This document shows, one piece after another, positions 8,261 through 18,091 of a stretch of 64,000 nt of DNA. Under the pieces are notes generated by a model. It had not been told where the DNA came from. It saw only the letters and a list, made by a program, of their open reading frames with translations, and made no database searches. Numbering within the stretch: the first letter of the stretch is position 1; every line of letters begins with the position of its first letter. The stretch covers positions 64,001 to 128,000 of IMG/VR virus record IMGVR_UViG_3300045974_000283, one strand, 5' to 3'. The translations under genes and the position numbers were made by a program. The DNA is from a virus.

Positions 8261-10348
8261 TTAGGAAATCCAGTTGAGATTGAGAGCAGCGGCTCCGACG
8301 TGAAGCAAGTGCATCCAGATCCATTGGTTCTGCGTACCAAAGTCAGACGTCGCGCTATGAACACGGATGACATCGGTGGCCCCGTTCGGCCTGCGCCGCG
8401 TCCAGGTCACAATGTTTCCCTTCTTCGTGGCGCGCACGAGGTCGCCCTTAGCGGCCACCACAGAGGTCGCCGTGAAGGTTCCGTTCCGCGCGATATAGTA
8501 GTAGAGGCCTGAAGAGGCCACGATTCCGTCCTGGACATAAGCCGGGTTGGAGTTCCAGTTCGGAGACTCACCGCCCTCGACAGGATAGAGTCCGCAGTAG
8601 ACCAGAGTCGAACCGTCTATCTCACTGCCCACCGTGAACTCGAACAGGGCGTCAACTCCCTGAGAGAACGCGAGGCTGAGCTTACCGCCACAGAAAGAAA
8701 CATCCGTGGCAACGTAGCTGAAGCCGTCGTAGTCGTTCCCCGTCTCGGTGACGTTCTGGGGAATAGTGGGGAAGTTGCCACGCGATAGGTAAGGGCGAAT
8801 TTCCCCAGCCTTCTTGGTTTTGCCCAAGGGATAGTCGCCGATGTTCTTGTGGTAGAGTGCGCGAATCTGGTCAGGCGTCAGCACCACGTTGAAGATGTCC
8901 ATCGGGCCGACGTCTATCTGAGAGACGACTTCATTCGTGAAGTCGCCCGCGAGGCCAAGGATGGCGTTCGCATTCAGGGACACGTTGATGGCGCTGGAGT
9001 TGATGGCGCTGACCTGGAGCTTGTTGTCCACATACAGGGTCACGCGGCCGGAAGCCTTCTCGCGGGTTGCGACACCGAAGTGCCACCGACCGTCGTTGTA
9101 GGAGTTCGTCGTGCGAAGGGTCTCAGTGTTGGCACCGAAAGCGAACTTCCCGTTGTCGCATAGGGCGACACCGAAGTCAGGGGCGGCTCCGGCAGAGTCG
9201 CCTCCGTACAGCGGGAACCCGGCGTAGAACTCGGCGCCACCTCCCGTCTGGAGACTGCGGAACCAGATGCACAGGCTCATGTCGTCCTGCACAGGGCGCT
9301 GGATGGAGAAGCATCCTGAGCTGATGCCCATGCTGAAGTAAGGGCCGAGGTCCGTCGGAATCTTGAAGTAGGGAGTGCTGTTCGGGATGGCGTCGTAGGT
9401 CGAGCCGCCGGAACCTTCGTTGATCAGGTTGCTACTGACAATGGTATTCGTGTTCGAGAAGTGCCAAGGGTTGAAAGACACGATGCGCGAGGACACTGGG
9501 ATTGCGGTCTCGCTGATGCGCCCGGTTGGCGGCGAGAAGTTGGTCGTGCCGTAGGGACTGCCGAGTGAGTAGCGAAACTCATCCCATCCGGTGCCGGGGT
9601 CGCCGCTGCCGTTGCCGTTGAGGAACCAAGCGTCCTTCGTCACGGCGATTGTGTGCGTGTAGCTCGGGTCGTCACGGGTCGTCAGGTTGGTCGTGTTCAC
9701 CGGGTAGACGGTGCCGTTCACAGACAGGTAGAGCTTACCCGCCAGCATGTACAGAGCGAAGTGAACCAGTTGATTGACGGGAACGATGTTGCCCGAGTTC
9801 CACAGGCCATAGGAGTCACCGCCGTCCGGATAGTAGACGTCGATGCTGTTCCCGTTTTGCTTCAGTCCGTACTCGCCACGACTGTGCGTTCCACCACCGA
9901 AGGTGGGGATGCCGTTGGTCATCACCGAAAGTAGAACGCGATCGGTGTAGACCGAGTGAGCGAACTTGGTGATCTCCAGGCACCACTCTGCGCCCATAGC
10001 GGCGACTTCGAAGTAAGGGAACTTCGATCCGTCATTGTCTGCATAGAACTGCTGATTGGCACCGCCACCCAGAGCGTTCACTGTCGTGTACTGAGGCCCC
10101 GTGTTGGAGCCGATGGCGTTGTAGAGCAGGACGGTCGGTCCGCCCTCCACAGAGTTGTCGCAATTCCCGTCGAAGTGAAGAACGACTTGAGCCTGATACG
10201 TGTCAAGCTCGGCGATGAGGAAGTCGTTGTCCACGAACAGGTAGCCCTCGGCGTTGCCGCCGTCCCCGTCGTAGGAAAGGCGCAGCGATCCAGCCGGAGG
10301 CACCGCCACCGGGGTCACCGCCAGAAGTTGTTGGAGGAAGCTGCTCAT
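8261..10348 (-). CDS. Multi-LamG (ConA-like lectin) receptor-binding protein, about 695 aa
   Basis: Start at MSSFLQQLLA (ATGA overlap with 10345..11211). VVLHFDG...HFAL...LYLSV.G...WDEFRY and WHFGVATR...VTLYVDN...MDIFNVVLTPDQIRALY are LamG-like motifs. Confidence 0.75.
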   Translation of the reverse strand: MSSFLQQLLAVTPVAVPPAGSLRLSYDGDGGNAEGYLFVDNDFLIAELDTYQAQVVLHFDGNCDNSVEGGPTVLLYNAIGSNTGPQYTTVNALGGGANQQFYADNDGSKFPYFEVAAMGAEWCLEITKFAHSVYTDRVLLSVMTNGIPTFGGGTHSRGEYGLKQNGNSIDVYYPDGGDSYGLWNSGNIVPVNQLVHFALYMLAGKLYLSVNGTVYPVNTTNLTTRDDPSYTHTIAVTKDAWFLNGNGSGDPGTGWDEFRYSLGSPYGTTNFSPPTGRISETAIPVSSRIVSFNPWHFSNTNTIVSSNLINEGSGGSTYDAIPNSTPYFKIPTDLGPYFSMGISSGCFSIQRPVQDDMSLCIWFRSLQTGGGAEFYAGFPLYGGDSAGAAPDFGVALCDNGKFAFGANTETLRTTNSYNDGRWHFGVATREKASGRVTLYVDNKLQVSAINSSAINVSLNANAILGLAGDFTNEVVSQIDVGPMDIFNVVLTPDQIRALYHKNIGDYPLGKTKKAGEIRPYLSRGNFPTIPQNVTETGNDYDGFSYVATDVSFCGGKLSLAFSQGVDALFEFTVGSEIDGSTLVYCGLYPVEGGESPNWNSNPAYVQDGIVASSGLYYYIARNGTFTATSVVAAKGDLVRATKKGNIVTWTRRRPNGATDVIRVHSATSDFGTQNQWIWMHLLHVGAAALNLNWIS

Positions 10349-11211
10349 GGCGATACGAATTGATTCGCGACGTTCTTGGACTGGATGCTGAACGCGGGTG
10401 CCCAAGCCTGCTCACGGACGATGGTCGCAGTGTCGTCGTTGATCGTGGTCCCTCCTGCACACACGACGGATGTGGTGCCCTTCGGTTGGATGATTACGTT
10501 GAAGCCGATGGTCGTGGTGAGCGCCGCCGAGTTCAGCGTCAGGACGATGCCGTCAGTCGTGCAGCAGAGAGTCTTGCCGTTGTCGCTGTCCGCCAGAGTG
10601 CGTGAGGCGGTGACATCCAGGAGCACCACTGCGCCAGTCGGTAGGTTGTCGATCTGCGCTTGCAGTTGAAAGAAAGCCGCGCCTATGGCATCAAACTGAC
10701 CGATCCGGTCCGAGACCGTGGGATCCGGAGGAGCAGGAAGCGGAGTGTTCAGAACGCGGAGTTCGTCGAACCACAGATTCGCGGTCGGGTTGTCAGGGTT
10801 CTCAGGCAGCTCATCGGTGAAGCGCGGGCCGTTGTGACCCCACCGGAAGCCGTCGCGGTACTTGCTATCGCGGATCATCACCTCGCCATCTTGGGCGATG
10901 ACCGCGTGAGGAACGTCCAGCCCGGCCAGAAGTTGCCATTCCCAAGTCCCGTCTTCCAGGCGCATGATGCGAGCCGTCTGGTGACAGTGGATGGCCTGCC
11001 GTTCGAGGTCGATGGAATTGAGCGTGGCCCCCATCGCCGCTTGGATGTTCAGCAGGCCGTTCTGGCAGAGTGAGAGAACTTCGACGACGTATCCGGAGGG
11101 CCAAGTGACGCCCAGGTCACCTACGAACACCGTGTTGTTGTCGGGTTCTGTTGACTGAAGGCGAAGGCGTTTGCCGTTGTCGGCCAGTGTGAGCATTCGG
11201 GAAGCAGACAT
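10345..11211 (-). CDS. Fibre/adaptor protein, 288 aa, with two TLA(D)..NGK modules
   Basis: N-terminal LTLADNGKRL and C-terminal RTLADSDNGKTL...VVCAGGTTIN modules. Translationally coupled to the LamG gene. Confidence 0.65.
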   Translation of the reverse strand: MSASRMLTLADNGKRLRLQSTEPDNNTVFVGDLGVTWPSGYVVEVLSLCQNGLLNIQAAMGATLNSIDLERQAIHCHQTARIMRLEDGTWEWQLLAGLDVPHAVIAQDGEVMIRDSKYRDGFRWGHNGPRFTDELPENPDNPTANLWFDELRVLNTPLPAPPDPTVSDRIGQFDAIGAAFFQLQAQIDNLPTGAVVLLDVTASRTLADSDNGKTLCCTTDGIVLTLNSAALTTTIGFNVIIQPKGTTSVVCAGGTTINDDTATIVREQAWAPAFSIQSKNVANQFVSP

Positions 11212-11225
11212 TTGTTGTTCCTTGA

Positions 11226-12158
11226 TTAGTCGATGCCGTCAACGCGGGCATAGACGATACGTTCACCGTTCGTGGTATAGATGCCAACATGAGACACGTT
11301 TCGCATTCCTGGATGCGGGACACCTCGCTCAGAGTCGGCGACGAAGGTGTAGTTCAGTGTGACGTTGTTCGCCTGGAACGTGAGGTTGTTAGGCGCGCAC
11401 CAGACACCCATCGGCACAGGATTGGTCGTGTCGTTGAGGTCACGCGTGAAGGGGTCACTGCGAGCGATCACGAGCTCAGAGCCTTGGAGCAAGAAAGACA
11501 GGACCAGACGCGTCTGGGCTTCTCCAATCGGTTCGGAGTAGAAAACCCACCCGTTGCCCTGAAGGTCAAGGACCTGCATAGTCGCTCGAAGGTTCTGAGC
11601 GACGGTCGGTTCGATCGAAGACGGGATAACCCGCATCTGCATCGACATGAAGTTGTAGCCGGGGAGCTCCGGTCCGTTGAACCAGACGTTCGTGGTGGCC
11701 GCATCAAAGACCGCTTGGTCGCTTCCGGAACCTGCAAAAGAAAGAGGGTTGCCAAGCGAGAAGTCAAAGCTGCTCGTGTTCACAACCGTCGGGCTGTCAG
11801 CGAAGTGCCAAGCGTCATCGACGTTGATCGGGTCGAGGTAGCCGAAGTTGAACTGCGACTTCGGAACGAAGAGCCCAAGAGCTTCAGTGACATCGACGAG
11901 AGCGCTTCCGCCACCGCTGCTCGGCGTGGTGACGACATCCCAAGTTGAACCCGTCCAGCGGTACTCGGTGGACTCCGCCACGACGTAGACCACCATGCCC
12001 GTGTCCAGGCGCTGTGCGGTGATGGCATCTCGTGCAGTCAGATCGGCAACCGATCTGTATCCACCCTTCCCGTACTTGGCGTCATGAGTTTGATAGGCAT
12101 CATTCGTGTCGAACGGGACGATGCCCGCTGCGACATTGGTTCCAGCGATGGCTGTCAT
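11226..12158 (-). CDS. Virion structural protein, 310 aa
   Basis: N-terminal GTNVAAGIVPFDT.D.Y.TH....GKGG..SV.D...RDAI...R..GM.VYV motif, which I recognise from phage fibre-associated proteins. Confidence 0.65.
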   Translation of the reverse strand: MTAIAGTNVAAGIVPFDTNDAYQTHDAKYGKGGYRSVADLTARDAITAQRLDTGMVVYVVAESTEYRWTGSTWDVVTTPSSGGGSALVDVTEALGLFVPKSQFNFGYLDPINVDDAWHFADSPTVVNTSSFDFSLGNPLSFAGSGSDQAVFDAATTNVWFNGPELPGYNFMSMQMRVIPSSIEPTVAQNLRATMQVLDLQGNGWVFYSEPIGEAQTRLVLSFLLQGSELVIARSDPFTRDLNDTTNPVPMGVWCAPNNLTFQANNVTLNYTFVADSERGVPHPGMRNVSHVGIYTTNGERIVYARVDGID

Positions 12159-13609
12159 GCGAATACAACCGCGATGGCGGCTCCGTTCTGAAGGTTGTTA
12201 AAGCGGATCACGTAGTAAGCCTCGGTGAACCCGGAAGCGTTCGTGAACGACAGGTCGGTCTTGGTCCAGTCACTGAAAGAGAGGCCGTTGACGGTGACAT
12301 TGGGAAGGCCGAAGCTCGCCGGGTAGGCGTAGAAAACGTACCGACCGCCCGTGGCGTCGAATGTGACTGACTTGCCGCGCGAGCTTGCGAACTCGTTGGA
12401 CAACCCAAGGACGCCAGCGTTGTCGAGCGACGTACTGGCCGAGACACCCCAATAGCGCTTCTGACGGACGTTCAAGGGGGCGCTTGCGCTTGCAGTGACA
12501 GGCGAGCCGGAAGGCGGCGTGTCCACGACCGAGAGGCCCCACGAGATGCTCGTGGTGAAAGTTCCAGTGACCGTCTTGGTCAGGGTGCCCACCGTGATAT
12601 CACCGACGCCTTGGTCGATGGTCTGGCTCTCAGGGGTGTTGCCAGACAGCGTCCAGGTCAGCACCGGGTCTGTGAGCGAGGCCCCCTTCTCAATGGTGAT
12701 GGACGATGACCCGTTGATCAGGTAAGACGAGATGCCGGGTGCGACGTAGTTCAGGATCGAGTAGATGTTGGCGATCTGCTCCAGGAGATATGGGTGCGAG
12801 GCGTGGTCAGCGTTGTGAATCTCGATCGCGACGGCCGGGTCGAACTGAGGCCCGCCAAGAAGCGAGTCCAGAGGAGCCCACCGGAGCCCGGCGTCCACGT
12901 TGGAGTCGGAGACCAGGACGTAGCCCTCCGATCCAGCGGCGAATGGGTAGGGAGCGCCGTTCGCGTAGCCGACGAGGAAGACGCCCTTGCCGCCGCTGTA
13001 CATGGAGCGGCTGATCTTGGCTGAGAGCGCCGCTGCCTGAGGGTTGGACACAGGCTTGTCTTCGTCTCGCGTGTTGTCCACGTTATCAAGGCCGAAGAAG
13101 GACAGATTGGGAGTCGAGAAAGCCAGACCGCCTTCAACGTTCGGGTCTGAGATCAGAAACTGACCCTCGGTGCCCGGATTGATGACGATCGGGGTGCCAG
13201 CGGCGGACGCGCCCAGGAGCTGGCCCTTGGCAGTGAAGGTGCCCTTGCTGATCTTCTGCGCGTTGACGGCGGCCTGCGCCGTCGAGATAGGTTTGTCCGC
13301 GTCGGCAGTGTTGTTGACCTTGTCGAGACCCACGAAGGCGGGGTCAGCGGCCTGAGCGATGACAATCGAGGCGTAGTCGGTCAGGTAGGCTTTGACGAGG
13401 TACGGGTATCCGTCGGAAGCCCAGACGTCGATGAATCCGTTCGCGCCTGCAACGGTGCGCCCGATGCTACTGACGAGGGAACCGTTCTGCGCGTTGTAGA
13501 TGGCGACCGGAGCTCCGGTCAAGTGATTCACGACTTCCAGCGAAGTCCCCGGTGCGACAGGCTGATTGGCAGCGACAAGGACTTGCCGAAGCAAGCGAAC
13601 ATTACTCAT
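12155..13609 (-). CDS. Virion structural/fibre protein, 484 aa
   Basis: Head-binding-like N-terminus (GANGFIDVW). Two GLD.V.NT.D.DKP.S..Q repeats, Ig-like LTDPVLTWT segment, C-terminal YVFYAYPASFG motif. GGAG RBS. Confidence 0.7.
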   Translation of the reverse strand: MSNVRLLRQVLVAANQPVAPGTSLEVVNHLTGAPVAIYNAQNGSLVSSIGRTVAGANGFIDVWASDGYPYLVKAYLTDYASIVIAQAADPAFVGLDKVNNTADADKPISTAQAAVNAQKISKGTFTAKGQLLGASAAGTPIVINPGTEGQFLISDPNVEGGLAFSTPNLSFFGLDNVDNTRDEDKPVSNPQAAALSAKISRSMYSGGKGVFLVGYANGAPYPFAAGSEGYVLVSDSNVDAGLRWAPLDSLLGGPQFDPAVAIEIHNADHASHPYLLEQIANIYSILNYVAPGISSYLINGSSSITIEKGASLTDPVLTWTLSGNTPESQTIDQGVGDITVGTLTKTVTGTFTTSISWGLSVVDTPPSGSPVTASASAPLNVRQKRYWGVSASTSLDNAGVLGLSNEFASSRGKSVTFDATGGRYVFYAYPASFGLPNVTVNGLSFSDWTKTDLSFTNASGFTEAYYVIRFNNLQNGAAIAVVFA

Positions 13610-13643
13610 GGGTTATCTCCATTGGGAATTCGTTCGTCCAACG

Positions 13644-13683
13644 AAAAAGCCCCGTGTAAGTTTTTGAGTCCTACACGGGGCTT
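13644..13683 (-). terminator. Rho-independent terminator after the portal gene
   Basis: 12-bp arms aagccccgtgta (13647-13658) / tacacggggctt (13672-13683), followed by a T-run on the minus strand. Confidence 0.8.
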
Positions 13684-13727
13684 GATTTCTTGAAATGGAA
13701 GGACTACATAAAAGTGTCCACAGACGC

Positions 13728-15605
13728 TTAGAACGAGATGTTGGGGATGTGACCTTTCTTGGCGATAATGCTCTGCTTCACGCCTTCGTAGTGCCTTGGG
13801 TTGCTGAGATTCTTGGCCGCTTTCACGATCATCTCATGCTGTTTGCGACGAGCTCCACGTTCGTTGTAGACGGCGTGAACCGTGTTGCCGGACTTGCTCA
13901 TCTTGAGCGGAGTATCCATGGGGCTGCCGTCCGGGTGGACGAAGTTTCGAGCGAGCAGTGGAACACGACGGCTGGAGATACGGTCCTTGGCTGAGCGAAG
14001 TTCCAGATTGCGCGCTTGGTTGCGCAGTCGCTGCGATGCCGACGCACCCTCGAAGTCACCGCCACCAAAATCTTCTTCGCCACCAGTCTGGGAAGAATCA
14101 TCCGGCTTGACGCCTGTGATCTTTTGGATGGTGGCTCGAATCTTCTCGTCTTCTGCCAAGTCACCGAGCAGCATATCGAGCGACACATTGGAAGCCGCCG
14201 CCCACATTTTCAGCGGGACCGGGATGCCCTTCTCAGCGAGCTTGTCCAGGACATCGACCATGCCGGGGTCGTGGTTGTCCAGCGTCTTGTGCCACCGAAC
14301 TTCAGGAAGCATCAGGTTAGCGGTGTTGGACAGGTTGCGCAGAACTGCCTGGATGTTGGAGCCGCGCTCCGCCTTGGAGGGATCTTTGTAAAGAGAATTT
14401 ACAACGGCGATGAGCGGGAACAGCTTGTTCGTGAAGAACGCACGGGTCAACATACTACGGAAGAAGGCCGCGTTCTCGGTGAAGACCGTCATGGCGACTT
14501 CAGCCGTGGAATACGAGGCCTCGCCGGACAGGAAGGCTTCCGACACCCCGAGCGCTCGCAGCTTGTAGGGGACCATCGTGTCGATCAGGTCCGTCCACTT
14601 CCAGAAGTCGCCAGCGGTGCGGATGTCTTGCACACTGACGCCCTGACGCGTGACCACCCAAGCGCCCATCGGGTCGGCTTCGGACATTTGAAGCTGACCG
14701 AGCACTGTCATCATCTCGTCAGGCGTCGGCTCCCACAGGTCAGTGCCCACAGTGACGAGCGTGGTCGCCCTCATGCGACGCTGCGCTTCGAGCAGGGTGC
14801 CGCGATACAGGGTCTTTTCCAAGAGGTAGGCGGGGAGCACACGACGCAGATAGGAAACAGAAGCCTGATCGTGTGTGGAGCGACGAGGGATGTGAACCGT
14901 GGTCAACGGATCCAGTGGAGTGTTGCCTTTCAGGAACGCGTTCAAGAACTCGCGCGGATAGGAGTCGAGCACTGCCTTGTGGACAGGTGACGACGCGGCC
15001 TGCATGAACGCCTGAAGTTTCGAGGAAAGCCCGGTCGAGATGATCGGCTCGGCGTTGAAGAAGGGGCTCGGGGTGATTTTCAGGTTCAGCTTGTCATGCA
15101 CCAAGACGTCGGTGAACGTGTTGGTCTTGCCGTCGTGAACCAGAGAGCCCGTGAACGCACCGTCCACCATGTAGTCCATGGCGACCTGAGCCATCAAGGC
15201 ACGGGCATCCAGGCGAGCGCAGTTCTCGGTGAAGATGGTGAGCTTGTCCTGCTCCAGACCGACGAGCGTGTAGTCGCTGAACGGATAGGTGCATTGCATA
15301 TCCACCGTCGCTCCAGCCACCGAGTCGAAGTGGTAGCAGTCGCGGTAGTAGGTGATCAGACCAGCATCGTCTTCTGGCATCAGGCCCGTGAGGTACCGAC
15401 TCCACTGGACGCCGCCCGTGTCGTTGAGCTGGATAGGAGCGCCACCGAAAGCGTTGCCGAAGTTGGCGGTCACACGCGTGGATGGCTCACCGCCGATGGA
15501 TGCGAGCACGTTCTCGCGGGGTTGACGCATCGAAAGGCCACCGCTGGAGCGCGAGCCCATGACGCGGAGCGAGGAACTCTCGCCCGAGAAACGAGTCTTC
15601 AACAT
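13728..15605 (-). CDS. Probable portal protein, 625 aa
   Basis: Directly downstream of the terminase. Size and N-terminal YRDCYHFDSVAGATVDM...PFS fit portal proteins. Helical core with a charged C-terminal tail. Confidence 0.65.
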   Translation of the reverse strand: MLKTRFSGESSSLRVMGSRSSGGLSMRQPRENVLASIGGEPSTRVTANFGNAFGGAPIQLNDTGGVQWSRYLTGLMPEDDAGLITYYRDCYHFDSVAGATVDMQCTYPFSDYTLVGLEQDKLTIFTENCARLDARALMAQVAMDYMVDGAFTGSLVHDGKTNTFTDVLVHDKLNLKITPSPFFNAEPIISTGLSSKLQAFMQAASSPVHKAVLDSYPREFLNAFLKGNTPLDPLTTVHIPRRSTHDQASVSYLRRVLPAYLLEKTLYRGTLLEAQRRMRATTLVTVGTDLWEPTPDEMMTVLGQLQMSEADPMGAWVVTRQGVSVQDIRTAGDFWKWTDLIDTMVPYKLRALGVSEAFLSGEASYSTAEVAMTVFTENAAFFRSMLTRAFFTNKLFPLIAVVNSLYKDPSKAERGSNIQAVLRNLSNTANLMLPEVRWHKTLDNHDPGMVDVLDKLAEKGIPVPLKMWAAASNVSLDMLLGDLAEDEKIRATIQKITGVKPDDSSQTGGEEDFGGGDFEGASASQRLRNQARNLELRSAKDRISSRRVPLLARNFVHPDGSPMDTPLKMSKSGNTVHAVYNERGARRKQHEMIVKAAKNLSNPRHYEGVKQSIIAKKGHIPNISF

Positions 15606-15838
15606 CAGATTTCACCTTTGTTGCGGGCGGGGGCCACATGACGGTCGGAGTCGCAGAGGAAACACTCAACGCCACCAGAGATGACGGGGACCATGTCTTT
15701 CTTGCAGTAAGGGCAGACGGAGTCGGAGTCGATGTTCAGCGCTGACGTCTGTTTCTCGGCGACCGAGCTGACGACAGCTTGCGGTGCCGGATCGGACTTC
15801 CGAGCGAAGCGATCGAAGGCTTTGTTGATGTCATTCAT
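15605..15838 (-). CDS. Small Zn-ribbon protein between terminase and portal
   Basis: 77 aa, CPYC...CFLCDSDRH. AGGAG RBS. Stop overlaps the portal start. Confidence 0.7.
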   Translation of the reverse strand: MNDINKAFDRFARKSDPAPQAVVSSVAEKQTSALNIDSDSVCPYCKKDMVPVISGGVECFLCDSDRHVAPARNKGEI

Positions 15839-15889
15839 GGTGTTCTCCTGCAGAATGATTGCGTTGAGCTAAAAATGGCCGCATGGGTA

Positions 15890-18091
15890 TCAGCGCTTGG
15901 ACGCAATAGGACCTTGGAATCCTCGGAATCGTCCGGGCAGCAAAGTGCGCCCAGAGACGAGAATCGTGGCCTTCGCCGACTTGGCCTCGCGGTCGATGTA
16001 CGGATACTTGTCGAAGCGCTCCAAGACCTTGGGGTCACCGAATCGTGTGGCACCAACGAGCACAGAACGGAAGATGTCGTCCGTAGAGCCTGAGCCCTTG
16101 GTCAAGATGCCCTGAAACTCCTGGACTGTGCGAAACTGCCGATACAGGTGAGCGACCGGGTATGGCTTCAGTTCTTCCTTATAGTCGATGACGGTTTCGG
16201 CTTTGTCGAACTCTATCTCGTTGGTGGGGAACCAGATCTGCTTCGCGTTGACAAGCTGGATGAAGGCATCGCAATCCCGGCGAGTCGTAGTATGTTGATA
16301 TGCCTTGAGCTTTCCTCCGGAATCGACTTCAGCCTTGCGAAGAATAAAAACTGAGTTCCAACGGTCAGCGAAAAGCTCGCGAACGTTCCAACTAAGGATG
16401 ATCGGCTTGATGGCGTTTTCATAGAGGTAGTCATAGTCGACGATGGTGCCGTGTGAAGGGATCACCTCCATTATCCCGGTGACCTTGATGTGGCCGACCT
16501 TCTCTGGGATGCCGTCGCGCTCCGTAAGACGGTGCATAAGCGTCAGCGTGAACGAGTTGTTCGTCAGGCCAGCGTCGATGCTGAGCACGGCAGGCGGAAG
16601 TTTTGCTGGCTCACGCTGTGCGACGTACCGAGCCTTCGTGTGCTCCGCAGTGATCTCGTAGATCGTTGCGAAGTCATTCGTCCCTGTGAACAGTTCGCGC
16701 ACCTGAGCGCCGAAGACAGCCGACGCGAGCTTTGGTGGATTGGCACCGAAGTCACGCTCGGCTCGGCGAGGGTTGCGGTTGTAAGCACCCTTGATCACCG
16801 GATGGTCACGAGGGAACAGGGGCGTGATGTCCCAAGTGGGAGCACGGACACCGAACATCGAGTCCGATGTAGCGCATTCGCCGTAGAGCCGCATCACCTT
16901 GTCCTGCCACGACAAAGGCGAGGACACGCTCAAGTTCAGGGCCATCGGGTAGGTGAAGACGCCACGCGAGTACTGATGGAGTACTTCACCGCGCACCGTG
17001 GCAAGAGAGGTCGAAAGGACTTGGTGGACTTCGTCGGCGTTCGCGCGTTCCCGCTGACTTTCGTTGTCCTCGCCCTCGGTCAAGGGGTTGAAGGGAAAGT
17101 GTCCAAGCTCGTCGGTTGCTGCGAATACCCGCGTTGGACCGCGAAGGTTTCGCATGGAAGGACCGGCCGGGAAGGCGTCGATACCCTTGGTGAAGATGCG
17201 GAAGTAGGTTCCGGTGGGAGCGAACTGATACAACTCCTTGCCCTGCTGATGGCCGATCTGATCCATCAGAGCGAACCACTCCTTGAACCACGTCGAGTCG
17301 ACGATGGTGTCACGAGTAGGCATCCAGAGGAGCTTGTAGGCGTTGGTCACCGTCAGCGCCACGAACGTAGCCGTGAGCTGAGTGGACAGTTGAATGCCTC
17401 GTGCCACACGGCTGAGGCGCGGCGACATCAGCATCCGGTGGAAGACGTAGGTGGCGATCATGGCCGTCGTGGTGGACTTGCCAGCTCGCTGACCAAGGAC
17501 GAGGACAGCCTCGTCGTAGAGCTTCATTTGCTTGGCCTGGATGCAATCCCACTTGGTGGCACCACACTTGTGACAGATGCCGTGCTTGAAGAGGGTCAGG
17601 GCGTTCGCTAGGTCAGCCGGGTCCAAGTCCAGCGGGACATTATACATATCGAAGGCGCGGGTCTTCGTGCATCGCGGGCAGATCTCACCTAGAAGTATGA
17701 GGGATATCCACAGTTGCCGGGCGAACGGCCTCTTGATATCTTTCCCGATGATGTTCGCTACGAAGTCCCAGTAGTTCTCAGCGAATGGCAGGTGCGAGTC
17801 GTCGATGGAGATGTCCCGGACCATGTTGATCTTCGGGTCATACGCCTTCTGCATGGCGTCCCAGATGAAACCCTCCTCAATCGCCGGTACGTCAGGGGAT
17901 GACTTGGTAGTCGATTCCTGTTCGCCGCCGGGAACGAGGAGCGCGTGAGGGAAGTCCATTATCGACGTTACTTCGCCCTTCAGGGGCTGGAAGCGGTCGC
18001 ACCCGTACTTTGGGGTTGTTTTGAGCGGGTCGTTGCAGCTTAGAAATCGACTGCATCTCACGCATGATCGTTTGGAGATCATTACTGCCAT
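15890..18091 (-). CDS. terL: Terminase large subunit
   Basis: Walker A LGQRAGKS, Walker B FAATDE, coupling motif SSP, RNase H-like nuclease LSIDAG and C-terminal DDIFR. Zn-finger insertion CPRC...CHKC. Start uncertain because it overlaps the upstream ORF by 200 nt. Confidence 0.9.
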   Translation of the reverse strand: MAVMISKRSCVRCSRFLSCNDPLKTTPKYGCDRFQPLKGEVTSIMDFPHALLVPGGEQESTTKSSPDVPAIEEGFIWDAMQKAYDPKINMVRDISIDDSHLPFAENYWDFVANIIGKDIKRPFARQLWISLILLGEICPRCTKTRAFDMYNVPLDLDPADLANALTLFKHGICHKCGATKWDCIQAKQMKLYDEAVLVLGQRAGKSTTTAMIATYVFHRMLMSPRLSRVARGIQLSTQLTATFVALTVTNAYKLLWMPTRDTIVDSTWFKEWFALMDQIGHQQGKELYQFAPTGTYFRIFTKGIDAFPAGPSMRNLRGPTRVFAATDELGHFPFNPLTEGEDNESQRERANADEVHQVLSTSLATVRGEVLHQYSRGVFTYPMALNLSVSSPLSWQDKVMRLYGECATSDSMFGVRAPTWDITPLFPRDHPVIKGAYNRNPRRAERDFGANPPKLASAVFGAQVRELFTGTNDFATIYEITAEHTKARYVAQREPAKLPPAVLSIDAGLTNNSFTLTLMHRLTERDGIPEKVGHIKVTGIMEVIPSHGTIVDYDYLYENAIKPIILSWNVRELFADRWNSVFILRKAEVDSGGKLKAYQHTTTRRDCDAFIQLVNAKQIWFPTNEIEFDKAETVIDYKEELKPYPVAHLYRQFRTVQEFQGILTKGSGSTDDIFRSVLVGATRFGDPKVLERFDKYPYIDREAKSAKATILVSGRTLLPGRFRGFQGPIASKR

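Noticed and set aside
1-13609. Diversity-generating retroelement acting on fibre tips
   Set aside because: I saw no reverse transcriptase and no template/variable repeat pair differing only at adenines. The duplications are diverged protein modules.
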